A stretch of 64,000 nt of DNA from Leucoraja ocellata (lineage: Eukaryota): positions 868,001 through 932,000 of the forward strand of contig JAWMAR010000531.1 in NCBI GenBank assembly GCA_036785375.1, written 5' to 3'. The translations under genes and the position numbers were made by a program. Of the stretch, positions 1-10,610 are shown in pieces. Within the stretch, counting starts at the first letter, position 1. The number at the start of each line of letters is the position of its first letter. The notes beneath the pieces are model-generated. The model ran no database searches. It was not told the origin of the DNA and was given only the letters and a program-made list of their open reading frames with translations.

Positions 1-100
1 GATAATGTAACATTGAATGCAATAAAACAGATTATTCTACTTACGATGCATCGTTGTAATTTTCTGTGCAAATGTCCTTGCCTTCAATAGAATAAAAACA
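1..100 (+). terminator. 3' UTR end and poly(A) signal (AATAAA 21-26) of an upstream IgL cluster lying outside the window
   Basis: Near-identical to the sequence following the C exons at 14001 and 56761. Confidence 0.8.
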
Positions 101-944
101 ATAATGTCCGATGATGCCAGTGTGTAGAAACTGGCGTTTTGTGAAACTTTGTTATATTTCAAATACACTGCGGTTTCATGATTGATCGTAGATCCATGTG
201 TTAGGACAGTTGAAGGGACCGCTTGCACATACCCCCCCCCCCCCCCCCCCCCCCCAGATTGAATAAATTAGGTGCAAACCAGTGTCTCCTATTTTGGATA
301 TCCCAAAAATACGGAAGCGCAGTCTTGGCATTACGCTAATATGCTTGAAGTACCCAAATGTGTCCAATCGTTCCGCACTAAATATCACCATATATCAGTG
401 ATTCTCCACTACGATGTCAATTTCCAGTAGTACAATAACAGGTTCGGGACGTGTGCTGTCTATTTTTGCCCCATCCCTTCCTGCACGGTTATCATTCACT
501 CCTTTTCCCCCTTATTTTGTGGCTGATTTCATTTCTTGTTCCTTTTCACCCACAGCCTTTGCCAATTAACCCCCCGCCCCAATCTGCTAATCAACCCCAT
601 CTCACATGTATCCACCGATCTATCACTTGGCCAGCTGTATCGCACCTCATATCTATTTTACACATTTACCTCCTCTGTTCCAGGGGCACGACCTGAAATG
701 ATGCCTCGCCATTCTAATCAGCTGTTGCCTGACCCGGCGAGTCATGTGGAGTCCAATGGCGAAGCCCCGCGAGGCTTCCTTTACTTTTGATGGGCGACGG
801 GTATTTTGGAAACACTGGTCAGCGTTTAGTGTTTCATCAACGCAGTATTCCTCAACCTCCATACGAGCTTGGATATTTGGCCCAGTAAGCTCCACGGCGC
901 CACGTGGTTTATTTACAAGAGGTAGTTCAAACAGGTACTATAAC

Positions 945-1150
945 AACATTTAATAAACATTTGGACAGGTACATTGATAGGAAAGGTTTAGAGGGATACG
1001 GGCCACCGCGGGCAGGTGGGAATTGTTGGGCCGATGGGCATTTCCCTACTGAATAACTCCTAGTGATACTTTAAAAAAATTAAAATAGGTGCAGGAGTAG
1101 GCCATTCGGCCCTTCGAGCCTGCACCGCCTTTCAATATGATCATGGCTGA
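945..1150. mobile_element. Two short, oppositely oriented CR1-like 3' end fragments (present in every unit)
   Basis: catttggacaggtacat...agagggatacgggcc on the + strand, and aaataggtgcaggagtaggccattcggcccttcgagc, which matches the 3' end of the minus-strand CR1 at ~7023. Confidence 0.6.
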
Positions 1151-1159
1151 CACATGCTT

Positions 1160-1193
1160 GAGTCAAATAAACTTGACTTGACTTGACTTGACT
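1160..1193 (+). mobile_element. 34-bp retrotransposon tail insertion (AATAAA+(CTTGA)n) with TGCTT TSD, private to U1
   Basis: tgctt[gagtcaaataaacttgacttgacttgacttgact]tgctt; the empty site cacatgcttacag is in U4. Confidence 0.7.
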
Positions 1194-2694
1194 TGCTTAC
1201 AGCGGATCTGCAGAAATGATCGGGACCTGTACAAAACGAAGCCCAGTTGGCAGAGGAATGCGGGGGCTGGTGGGCAGGAGAACTCATCTCTGTACCGTAA
1301 AATAAAGTTGTCTGGCTGCTCACAATAACACAAGATGTAGCTTCGAGTAAATGTTCATCCAGCATGAAGTGGCGCTGCATTCGACGATGTTCTGTGGTCC
1401 CTGCAGTTATCTTGCTCTTAGATGCTGAATCAATCCAAAAATATTGACATAATCTGCAGCACCTTTGGTATATTTACATTTCTTGTCATTTATGGGGAGG
1501 CAAATGTAAACTGCTTGATGTGAAAATGCTGGCATTGCCCAAGATGCCTATCAAGAGGTCTTTTCGCTGATGATATCATTATTTTTCTTGAACGTCCAGA
1601 TATATATCTCCAAAATGTAATGAACCTATTTGAAACAAATGGATACTACTCAGGGTATAAACTGAATATAACAAAAACACAAATTATTTCATTCAATTAT
1701 TCTCCATCCAAACAAATCAGAGATGCATATAAGCTGGAATGGAATTCTAAAACGATGCAGTATCTTGGTGTAACTATAACCAAAACACTTTCCAACTCGT
1801 TTGAAACTAATTATAACAAAATTGAAGAAAACATCAAAAATGATGTTGAAAGGTGGTCGACCCTTCCTCCAGACTTCAGTGCCACAATCCAAACGGTAAA
1901 AATGAATATCCTACCTAAACTACTATATTTATTCCAATCTCTCCCAATTAAAGTCCCCCGAGATAAATCCATAGCCTGGGATAAAATGATCTCTAGATTC
2001 ATTTGGAATAGCAAAAAAACAAGAATAAAACTAACAACACTTCAACTGCCGAAAAGCAAGGGTGGAATGGCTTTACCAAATCTGAGGAAATACTTTTATG
2101 TAGCTCAACTCAGCCATCTGTTGGTGTAGACCTGATTATGAATCTCGATGGAAAGAAATTGAAAGGGAGATACAGGGTTACCAGATCCAGATTTTGGTGG
2201 GAGACTAATATCTGAGAGGGGCTTTGAGACACGCTATGGACCACATAGTAGCATTTACGTTAGAAATATGTAATGTTGTAGTGGAAAAATACAAATTAAA
2301 AAGAGGGGTTCACGCATTGAAGTGGTTCGCATATGACTCAAAGTTTAACCAGGGGTGTATGATTCAAAATTGAAAGAATGGGCACAAAAAGGCATAATGG
2401 CAATGTATACAGTTTCAGAAAATGGTGAGTTTATGAGCTTCCAAGATTTAAAGTCAAAGTCTGGTCTCGAAAACAAAGATTTTTTTAGATACTTGCAATT
2501 AAGAGACTACTTTACAAAAGAGATAAGGCCAGAACTAGATGAAACTTCAAATAATGTGATCAAGGTGATTGTGGATGCATACAAACAGAAGGGGTCTCGG
2601 GTCAACTCTGCTTTCTACCAAGCTCTGATGGGAAGCGGGGGAGAATCAACGCTCTACATAAAAACAAAATAGGAAGCAGAATTAAAGATTCAGA

Positions 2695-2696
2695 TA

Positions 2697-2780
<84 letters not shown>
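2695..2780. repeat. (TAA)n microsatellite; length varies among units (also ~17096-17176, 31226-31280, 59852-59932)
   Basis: Directly visible; it produces the poly-Ile pseudo-ORFs in the ORF track. Confidence 0.98.
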
Positions 2781-3238
2781 GTTTATTTATATAGCACATT
2801 TATAGTCAATTTTCATTGACCCCAAAGTGCTTTACATAATTTAAAAATCAGTTCCATACAAAGCATAAAGATGGGTTAACAAAATAATAAAATGCATAAA
2901 CAGGACACAACGTGTAACATAAACATCCACCACAGCATTCATCACTGTGGTGGAAGGCACAAAAAATTTTGGCCGTCCTCCTCCATTTCCCCCCCCCGTG
3001 GACAAGACCAGAGTCCAGAGTCCAGTCCAGGATCGGTCTTTCCTCACCGGAGACCGCGGCTTCAAGATTGTGTAGGCCGCAGGCCGGCGGTTGAGATTTA
3101 AAGTCCCCGCTGCAGCCAGAAGCACCGTAGACTGCAGGGCCGGCGGTCGAAGTTCCCCTCCAGGGGTGATGGTAAGTCCATGCCGGGGCCGCGGTAGAAG
3201 TTATCCGCGGGCCGGAAATGGCGGCTTCTTCTTCCCCC
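2698..3238 (-). mobile_element. ~0.55 kb GC-rich SINE-like element with an L2-type 3' end and (TTA)n tail, nested in the L1. Paralogues: 17099-17649, 31229-31753, ~45105-45697, 59855-60386
   Basis: Minus strand ends TGTAAAGCACTTTG...TGTGCTATATAAATAAAC(TTA)n. It interrupts the L1 frame between ...ELKIQI and EEWYQMCETQ. Confidence 0.6.
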
Positions 3239-4334
3239 ATAAGAAGAATGGTATCAAATGTGTGAAACACAATGTCCTTCCACAAGCACACTAGTATGGG
3301 AAGTGTTTTGCTGGAAGAATCTATCTCGCTTTTTTTATAAGCAGCAAACTCTCTGTCCAACAACACTGTTGGAGGCTGTGTGGGAGAACGGAGGCAGACC
3401 ACTCGCATATTTTCTGGAACTGTGTAAAGATAAGGCCATACTGGGAAAATGTTAATGCAGCTGTAAAAAATATCTTGGGTTATAAAATTCCAAATACCTG
3501 CCATGTGATGTATCTGGGGCGTATTAAAGATATTGTAAAAATAAAAGATACATATTTGATTAAAATTTTGCTTGCAGCAAGTAAGAAGGCCATTACCAGG
3601 CAGTGGCTTAATGAAAAAGTCCAAAACAGGAACAGTGGTTAGAAATTGTGCGAGACATCTTTAATATGGAGAAATTGACCTTTTCCTTGAGAGTCAAGGA
3701 AAATTCATTTGAGAAGATCTGGGAATAATGGACCATTTATTTGAGCCATGAGACCAATTAGATAAATGCCGAGCTAGATATGGGAAGATTGCGTTATATA
3801 GAACTAGATGGTATGTTTGTATGATTATTGAATTATCTCCAGATAACTAATCAATGTAATGTTTTTTCTTTTTTTAAGTTGGCAAAGTGAACCACACGGT
3901 CTTATTCCAATTTTTAAAAAAAATTTACTTCTTTTATTTCCCCTATCTACTTATTTTTTTATTTTGATTGTTGTTTTTCTTACTTGGTTTTATTTATGGT
4001 GATGGTGTTGCACGGTTTTGTATATATCTCTTAAAAAACAAAGAAAATAAGTTGACCATTTGACCGCGTGGGCAGAAGATACTGATGCAGTCTTCGATTA
4101 TAACGGTAGATGGCGCTGCCGTACCTTACATCTGTGATGAAGCTCAACACGGCCAATTCTGAAATGGGTCAAACGCAATATTGTGTCTGAGGTCACGTAC
4201 AGGCCAATATTCTTCTTTCACAGTTTTCCGATTCAGCCACGGTTTAACCAAAGCTTGAGAGGTAACCTCTCCGCTTACTCGATACTTCATTCTTTGAAAC
4301 CTCACATATATCACAGGTTTTTGCTCACTACTTT

Positions 4335-4768
4335 GTCATATGCTGATATAATAGAGCAGCTGGGCTTGTACACTCTGAAGGATGAGAGGATATCTCATTG
4401 AAACATATACGATTGTTAAGGGTTTGGACACGCTAGAGGCAAAAAACATGTTCCCGATGTTGGAGGAGTCCAGAACCAGGGACCACAGTTTAAGAATAAG
4501 GAGTAAGCCATTTAGAACGGAGACGAGGAAATACTTTTTCTCACAGAGAGTGGTGAGTGTGGAACTCTCTGCCTCAGAGGGCGATGGAGGCAGGTTCTGG
4601 ATGCTTTCAAGTGAGAGCTAGATAGGGCTCTTAAAAATAGCGGAGCCAGGGGATATGGGGAGAGGCCGGGAATGGGGTACTGATTGGGGATGATCAGCCA
4701 TTGAATGGCGGTGCTGGCGCGAAGGGCCGAATGGCCTCCTCCTGCATCTATTGTCTGTAGTCTATTGT
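4335..4768 (+). mobile_element. 5'-truncated CR1-like LINE 3' end with target-site duplication (U1). Paralogues: 19012-19447, 47645-48081, 61750-62185; truncated at 33111-33222
   Basis: RMRGYLIETY.IVKGLD...SRTRDHSLRI...FRTE.R..FFSQRVV. Flanked by the direct repeat CTACTCT, perfect in U2, U4 and U5. Confidence 0.85.
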
Positions 4769-5399
4769 CTACTCTCGCGATATATCTTTCTACCTTGGCA
4801 GATGTGTGCTCATGAACACAAAGTCCCTCGGTTCCTGCGAACTTTGAACCCACATTGCCTCCCCCTCCCCCTCCCCCTCCCCTTCACACACGAGGTGAAT
4901 ATATTGCTGTTGGTACAGAACACAACTAGTTATGGGGATAGTGGAGAATTAAATCATTGGCCAAAATGCTCGTGCATACTGAATGTGAATAATGAGAATG
5001 TTACCTCCGGGAGAGACTTTAATATTTTTTTGGACAAACGTGAAGACAGTTGCAAACAGGATTTTGTACATTTGAGTGGGTTTTGGTCCCAGGATTTTAG
5101 CCCCAGGTTTTCCATCTATCCAATTTGCCAAGGTGTTGAGTGTCAATGAAAGTCATAAAGATTTAAACAACGACGCATGACATAAATAACTGAACATTGT
5201 TCTCTTAAAAGAAACAAACAGAAAATCCAATTACAACTCATTTTAAACCGAGAACTCTTGTTTGCAGAAACATCGCATACACGTGGACTGTGACAGAAAA
5301 TACACAGGAATAAATGATATATCCATTATACATGTACATCAGAAAGAAAGAAACAAGATTGCGATCAAAAACATAATAATAAAAAAACACGTCGTTGTG

Positions 5400-6005
5400 T
5401 ACAAGTTTTGGGGCATAGTGTCCCGTTATGGAGGCAGGATTAGGGGTATGTTGGTCCTTCCGAAAGCTGGATAGTTGTAGGCAAGTAACTGTTGAACCGG
5501 GTGATGTACTTTCTTTAGTAGATCTGTAAAAGTTTGCTGGAGTGTTTGGAGACAAAAAGTATTTCTTTAAAATTCTTTGAAAGTAGAGGCATTGACGCTC
5601 CTTCACGGATGCAGTTGTTTGCTGGACCCGGGACACGTCATCCACAATGTTAATGCTTAGAATTTAAAGCTGATAACTCTCTCCACCACTGCTCCATCAA
5701 ATACCAACTGGCCTGAGGTCCCCGGACTTCCTCTTTCTGAAGTCAGCGACCAGTTCCGTCTTGTTGCTTTGGAGCGAAAGGTTGTTGTTCTGACACCACT
5801 CAACCAAGTGTTCCGTCTCTCTTCTCTATGTTGACGCAGCACCATCAGTGATTCATCCAGACAGAATGGTGTTGGGGGTGGATCAATAGATTACTTTGGA
5901 GCTGTGGGTGTAAAGGAAGTAGAACAGGGTGTAAAGCGCGCAGCCTTGAGATGCACTGTGTTGCTGGTCAATGGGGAGGAGATGATGTTCCCCATCCGCA
6001 CTCGG
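5400..6005 (-). mobile_element. Decayed Rex1/Babar-like LINE RT fragment (U1). Paralogues: ~20120-20545, 33895-34500, 48870-49475, 62960-63570
   Basis: Frameshifted remnants of ...KTELVADFRK... and GAVVERVSSFKF motifs; clade assignment is from recall. Confidence 0.6.
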
Positions 6006-7014
6006 TCACTTGAAGCTAATTCACCAAACAGTAAAATGGTGACTAATCTGATTGTAACCACTGACCTGCAGTCCCATCCACCTCTGGTAACATATCACTA
6101 CCCCACCTTGTTAATTATGAATATTTCTACCTTTGGAAAAAAATAAAGACTGCTTCTACCACATTTTCAGAAACGCAATTGATGAGGCTTTCTCCATTCT
6201 GAGAGATGTGTTTTGTTTCTTCACTTTTTGAAGTAGGCATTTATTTTTGTTTAACCGGTGACGTTTAGCTTTAGATTACCCCAGACGAATTGTCCTCACC
6301 CTTCACATGCTGTTAAGACCCCGCATAATCACCTGTGCTTCAATTAAAGCACCTCTCATGCTTCTAACTGTCGAGCACTCGCTCGTTGCAGATATGGGTC
6401 TATTAGTAACCATTTTCTGAATTGCTTCAAAGGCATTTACATTTCAATACTCTGCTCGATACTGCGATGAAGTACAACTGAAACACTAAGACCCTTTCTC
6501 TTTTGTATTCGGGTTTTCTGGCGTTAGATGCTAACACTGTTACCTTTCCTAGGTAGTTGTTGTACCTCTTTCTAGCCTGTGGCGAATCCTCACCAACAAT
6601 TCGAAATAATTCTGCATCTCAAAACACTGAAAATTGTCAAAATGTAAATATGAAGGGCCTCGACCCAAAACGTTAACCATACCTTCTCTCCAGAGATGCT
6701 GCCTGTCCCTCTGAGTTACCCCAACCTTTTGTGTCTATATTGTAAAGAACATTCTTTTGTATCACTTACCCGGCCAAAATTGACATTTCACATGTTCCCA
6801 CATCCCGCATTTACCAGGCGTTTGCCCATTCACTGGAACTATCCACATCCACGGTGGCCTTGTTTTGTTCTTCATGCCATTAACAAATTCAACAGCCAAC
6901 ATTTTTTTTTAGCATTTTTGGAAATTGTGGCTCCAGCAGTGATCTATGAGGCACATCAGTTCTATGTTTCAAACTAATCGCCCAATGTTCTTTTCTTAAC
7001 CATAAATACCAAGG

Positions 7015-8105
7015 TTCGTAGAAAATAGGTGCAGGAGTAGGCTATTCGGCCCTTCGAGCAGCACCGCCATTCAACATGATCATGGCTGATCATCCAAAAT
7101 CGGTATCCCGTTCCTGCTTTCTCCCCATATCCCTTGGTTCCATCAGCCCTAAAAGCTATATCTAACTCTCTGTTGAATACAACCAGTGATTTGGCCTCCA
7201 TTCCCTTCTGTGGCAGAGAATTCCACAGATTCACAACTCTCTGCGTAACAAAAGTGTTTCCGCATCTCTGTCCTAAATGGCCTACCATTTTTTAAAACTA
7301 GGACGCCTGGTTCTGGATTCCCCATCATCGGGAACATTTTACATGCATCTAGTGTATCCAATCCCTTAAGAATGTTATATGTTTCTATAAGAACCCCTCT
7401 CATCCAAAATGTCAGTGCATATAAGCCCACTCGATCATATGTCAGTTCCACCTTCCCGGGAATTAATCTGGTGAACCGACGTTGCACTCCCTCAATAGCA
7501 AGAATGTCCTTCCTCAAATTTAGAGAACAAAACTGCACATAATACTCCAGGTGTGGTCTCACTAGGGCCCTGTACCACTGCCGTCGGACCACCTTGTTCC
7601 TATACTCAAATCCTCTCGCAATGAAGGCCAACGTGCCATTCGATTTTCTTCACTGCCGACTGCACCTGCAAGCTTTCTTTCCGTGACTGGTGTTCAAGGA
7701 CACACAGTTCTCGTTTCACCTCCCATTTCCCAAATTTGACACCATTCAGATAATAATCTGCCTTCCTGTTTTTGCCACCAAAGTGGATAACCTCACATTT
7801 ATCCACGTTATACTGCATCTGCCATGCATCTGCCCATTTACACATCCTATCCAAGTCACCCTGCTGCCTCATAGCATCCTCCATGCAGCTCACACTGTCA
7901 CCCAGCTTTGTGTAATCAGCAAACTTGGAGATGTTGCATTTAATTCCTTCATCTTAATCGTTAATATATATAGTTAATAACTGAGGTCCCAACACTGAGC
8001 CTTGCGGCAGTAGTCACTGCCTGCCATTCTGAAAAGGACCCGTTAATTCCTACTCTTTGCTTCCTGTCTGCCATATAGTTCACCATCCATGTCAATACCC
8101 TACCT
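7015..8105 (-). mobile_element. CR1-like LINE, RT to 3' UTR (U1)
   Basis: QGDLDR...[20 protein letters not shown]...AFIARGFEY...YRALVRPHLEY...IEGVQRRFTRLIPG. Confidence 0.85.
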
Positions 8106-8234
8106 CCAATATTACCACATTATTTACCAGATCAACCTTAGATTCCTCACCTTATCAAATAACTGCTCGAAATTATATCTGCCTGGCATGGTACTTCTTC
8201 AAAGCCTTTCGGTAAATTGGTGGAACGTCCTTCA

Positions 8235-9060
8235 TAAATTCATAAATTGTAGGACCAGAATTAGGCCTTTCAGCTCTAATTCTACCCGGCCATTCTATCA
8301 CGCTTGATTTAACTCTCCCTCTCAGCCCCTCTCAGCCCCATTCTCCTGACTTATCCCCATAACCCTTAACACTCTTACTAATCACCAACCAATCAATCTG
8401 CACCTTAAAAATATCCATTGAGTTGGCTTCCACTGCGTTCTGAAGCAATGGATTCCACAGATTCACCACCCTCTGACTAAAGGAATTCCTCCTCATCACC
8501 TTTTGTAAATGTACGTCCTTTTATTCTGAGGCTATAACCTTTGGTCCTTGACTCCCCCGCTCGTCGAAACATCCACTCCACATCCACTCTATCCAGGAGG
8601 GGAGGGGGCGCTCTCCCAAACTCTACTATCAATTCCACCGTCTTAAGAACATTGAGCTTCAGATTGTTAGAAGGCACCAGGACGCCAGCTGTGTTACTTC
8701 CTGTCTGTAGGCAGATTCCTCCTCAACCTGGATCAGTCCAATCAGGGTTGTGTCGCCCCTGGGATCCCTGGGATCACCCTCGTAAACCTCCTCTGGACCC
8801 TCTCCAACGCCAGCTCACCCTTCCTCAGATTGGAGCCCAAAGCTGTTCACAACACTCCAAATGCGGTCTGACCAGTGCCTGATAAAGGCCCAGCATTACA
8901 TCCCTGGTTTTGTATTTTGTTTTTGTGTTCTGGCCCTCTCGAAAGAAATGCTAGCATTGCATTCGCCTTCCCGACTACAGACTTGTAAATTAACTTTTGG
9001 GGAATCCTGCACCAGCACTCTGAAACCCCTTTGCACCTCTCGTTTCTGAATGTTCTCTTT
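8235..9060 (-). mobile_element. Second CR1-like 3' fragment (U1). Paralogues: ~22750-23580, 36715-37450, 51750-52490
   Basis: DRVDVEWMF...SRT.G.SLRIK...RQRVVNLWNSL motifs and a CR1-type 3' UTR. Confidence 0.75.
8598..8763 (-). mobile_element. Internal Rex1/Babar-like RT fragment replacing part of the CR1 (U1; also 23116-23281 in U2; absent from U3 and U4)
   Basis: DTTLIGLIQ...ESAYRQEV...SNNLELNVLKTVELIVDFRR. Confidence 0.7.
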
Positions 9061-10467
9061 CTCAACAACATTTTGACTTTTGCGGGATGACCTTATTGAT
9101 CATTTTGTCAATGCCCTTTATATATTTTAGTAACAGCTTGTAATATTTCTGTCTCTCTTCCTTTCTGAATGAAAAGGATCACCAAGGAACGTCCATGGTA
9201 GTTTTGAAATAAAAACTCAAAGCAATGAATTCAGCGCTGCAATGGGATGAATTAAGATTCTAGAATGAAATACAATACATCTTAACACCCTGTCAGCCCG
9301 TGGCTCTATCAACTTCCTAATGATTGCAACGTTTGTGAGTTTGTTCCTTGCTTCCACTTCCATGTCTGCAGCCGTTTCTGGGATGTTGTCCGTGTTCTGT
9401 AGCAGTGCAGACCGAGGACATTTTTCAGTTTACATTTTCTGTCATCTCCATATTCCCCTTTACTTTTACCCCAGATCCCCTACTTCACTGTCCAGTCTGT
9501 AGGTTGTAATAAAAATGACAGCATTTCTTACTATCATGCATTAACACTTCTAGCTGACGTCCAACAATATTTTAATATACTCATTGAACGCTTCGACATA
9601 TTATTTTACAATTCGCTGTTCAATTTTCTGATTTCCATTCAACTTTGCTCATAGAAATTTTTTGTGCTCTTAGTTTAATGCTGTCTTTAACATGTTGAGA
9701 TAATCGTGGATGTTTTATTTCTTGTGGCACGTGTGTAGTTTCTGTCTTTTGAATGATTACTTTGAAAGCTTCCGTCTACATCTGGAATTTCCGATATTTT
9801 AATTGAATTTGCTGGTGGATTTCAAGTTCAAGTTCACATTTAGTGTCACATACACGCACCAATTATGGTACCGTGATATTTGAGTTACCATGCAGCCCAT
9901 TCAAGTAAAAATAACACAATACATTCAGCTGGCTCCGTTCCATGGCATGCATTTACCCCTATACAGCATTCCCTCACCCTCACATTTCTACTTTAATTAA
10001 TGATGTATTGTTCTTCCCATGCCCTTCAATTCGACCGTCTGAAGGGTCGTTCTCTCGCATTGCGATGAAGACATATTAACAGACCTGTGCCGTTTAATTT
10101 CACCATTAAAGTGGACACTTTAAATCAATGAAGGGGCTAGTGGTGGAATGGTGCCTTGCGATATTACACGACTGCGAATTATTTGTAGGAAAAGGACAAA
10201 GGTGTTATTTTATAATTATTTGGGAGCTTAAGGTGATTAGTGCAAAGTCTGTACAGTGCCACCATTCAACACAGCTGACACCGTTTACTCAGTAAATAAG
10301 AGCCTGCTCTCACACAACAGTTCCCGTGTGAGTCTCAGAGCTTCTCTCCCCCTCCCCCCGCCGCCGTTGAGTTCACCGTTGTCTGCTATTCTCCTCCCAC
10401 TTAAAACAACATAAATATTTCTTTCTCCCAAAGCGCTGGAGCCGCAGAAATAAATTTTTACCCCGAG

Positions 10468-10530
10468 CCAATAATTCAGTGAATCGGTGTCACGTGGATA
10501 AAGATTTGCATGAATAATTAATAAATAGTG
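10468..10530 (+). promoter_or_regulatory. Ig light-chain promoter of G1: CCAAT (10468), E-box CACGTG (10491-10496), octamer ATTTGCAT (10504-10511), AT-rich TATA-like tract
   Basis: Perfect octamer in light-chain orientation ~100 bp upstream of the ATG, conserved in all four clusters. Confidence 0.9.
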
Positions 10531-10610
10531 ACTGAAGACTTTAAAAGAGAAACTTGGAAAGGGCTCAAAACCGCGCTTGTGCAGCAAGATATTCCCTTAT
10601 AACCTTCAAC

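Larger units (their letters stand above)
1541..4020 (+). mobile_element. Decayed 5'-truncated L1/Tx1-clade LINE (ORF2 RT C-terminal part, Cys-rich domain, T-rich 3' UTR), U1 copy
   Basis: FADD motif, [35 protein letters not shown], and CWRLCG..ADHSHIFWNC zinc knuckle; stops and frameshifts present. Confidence 0.85.

Noticed and set aside
2602-3624. Poly-Ile ORFs and the 258-aa minus-strand ORF
   Set aside because: Artefacts of the (TAA)n tract, the GC-rich SINE-like body and antisense L1. Frames are not conserved between units.
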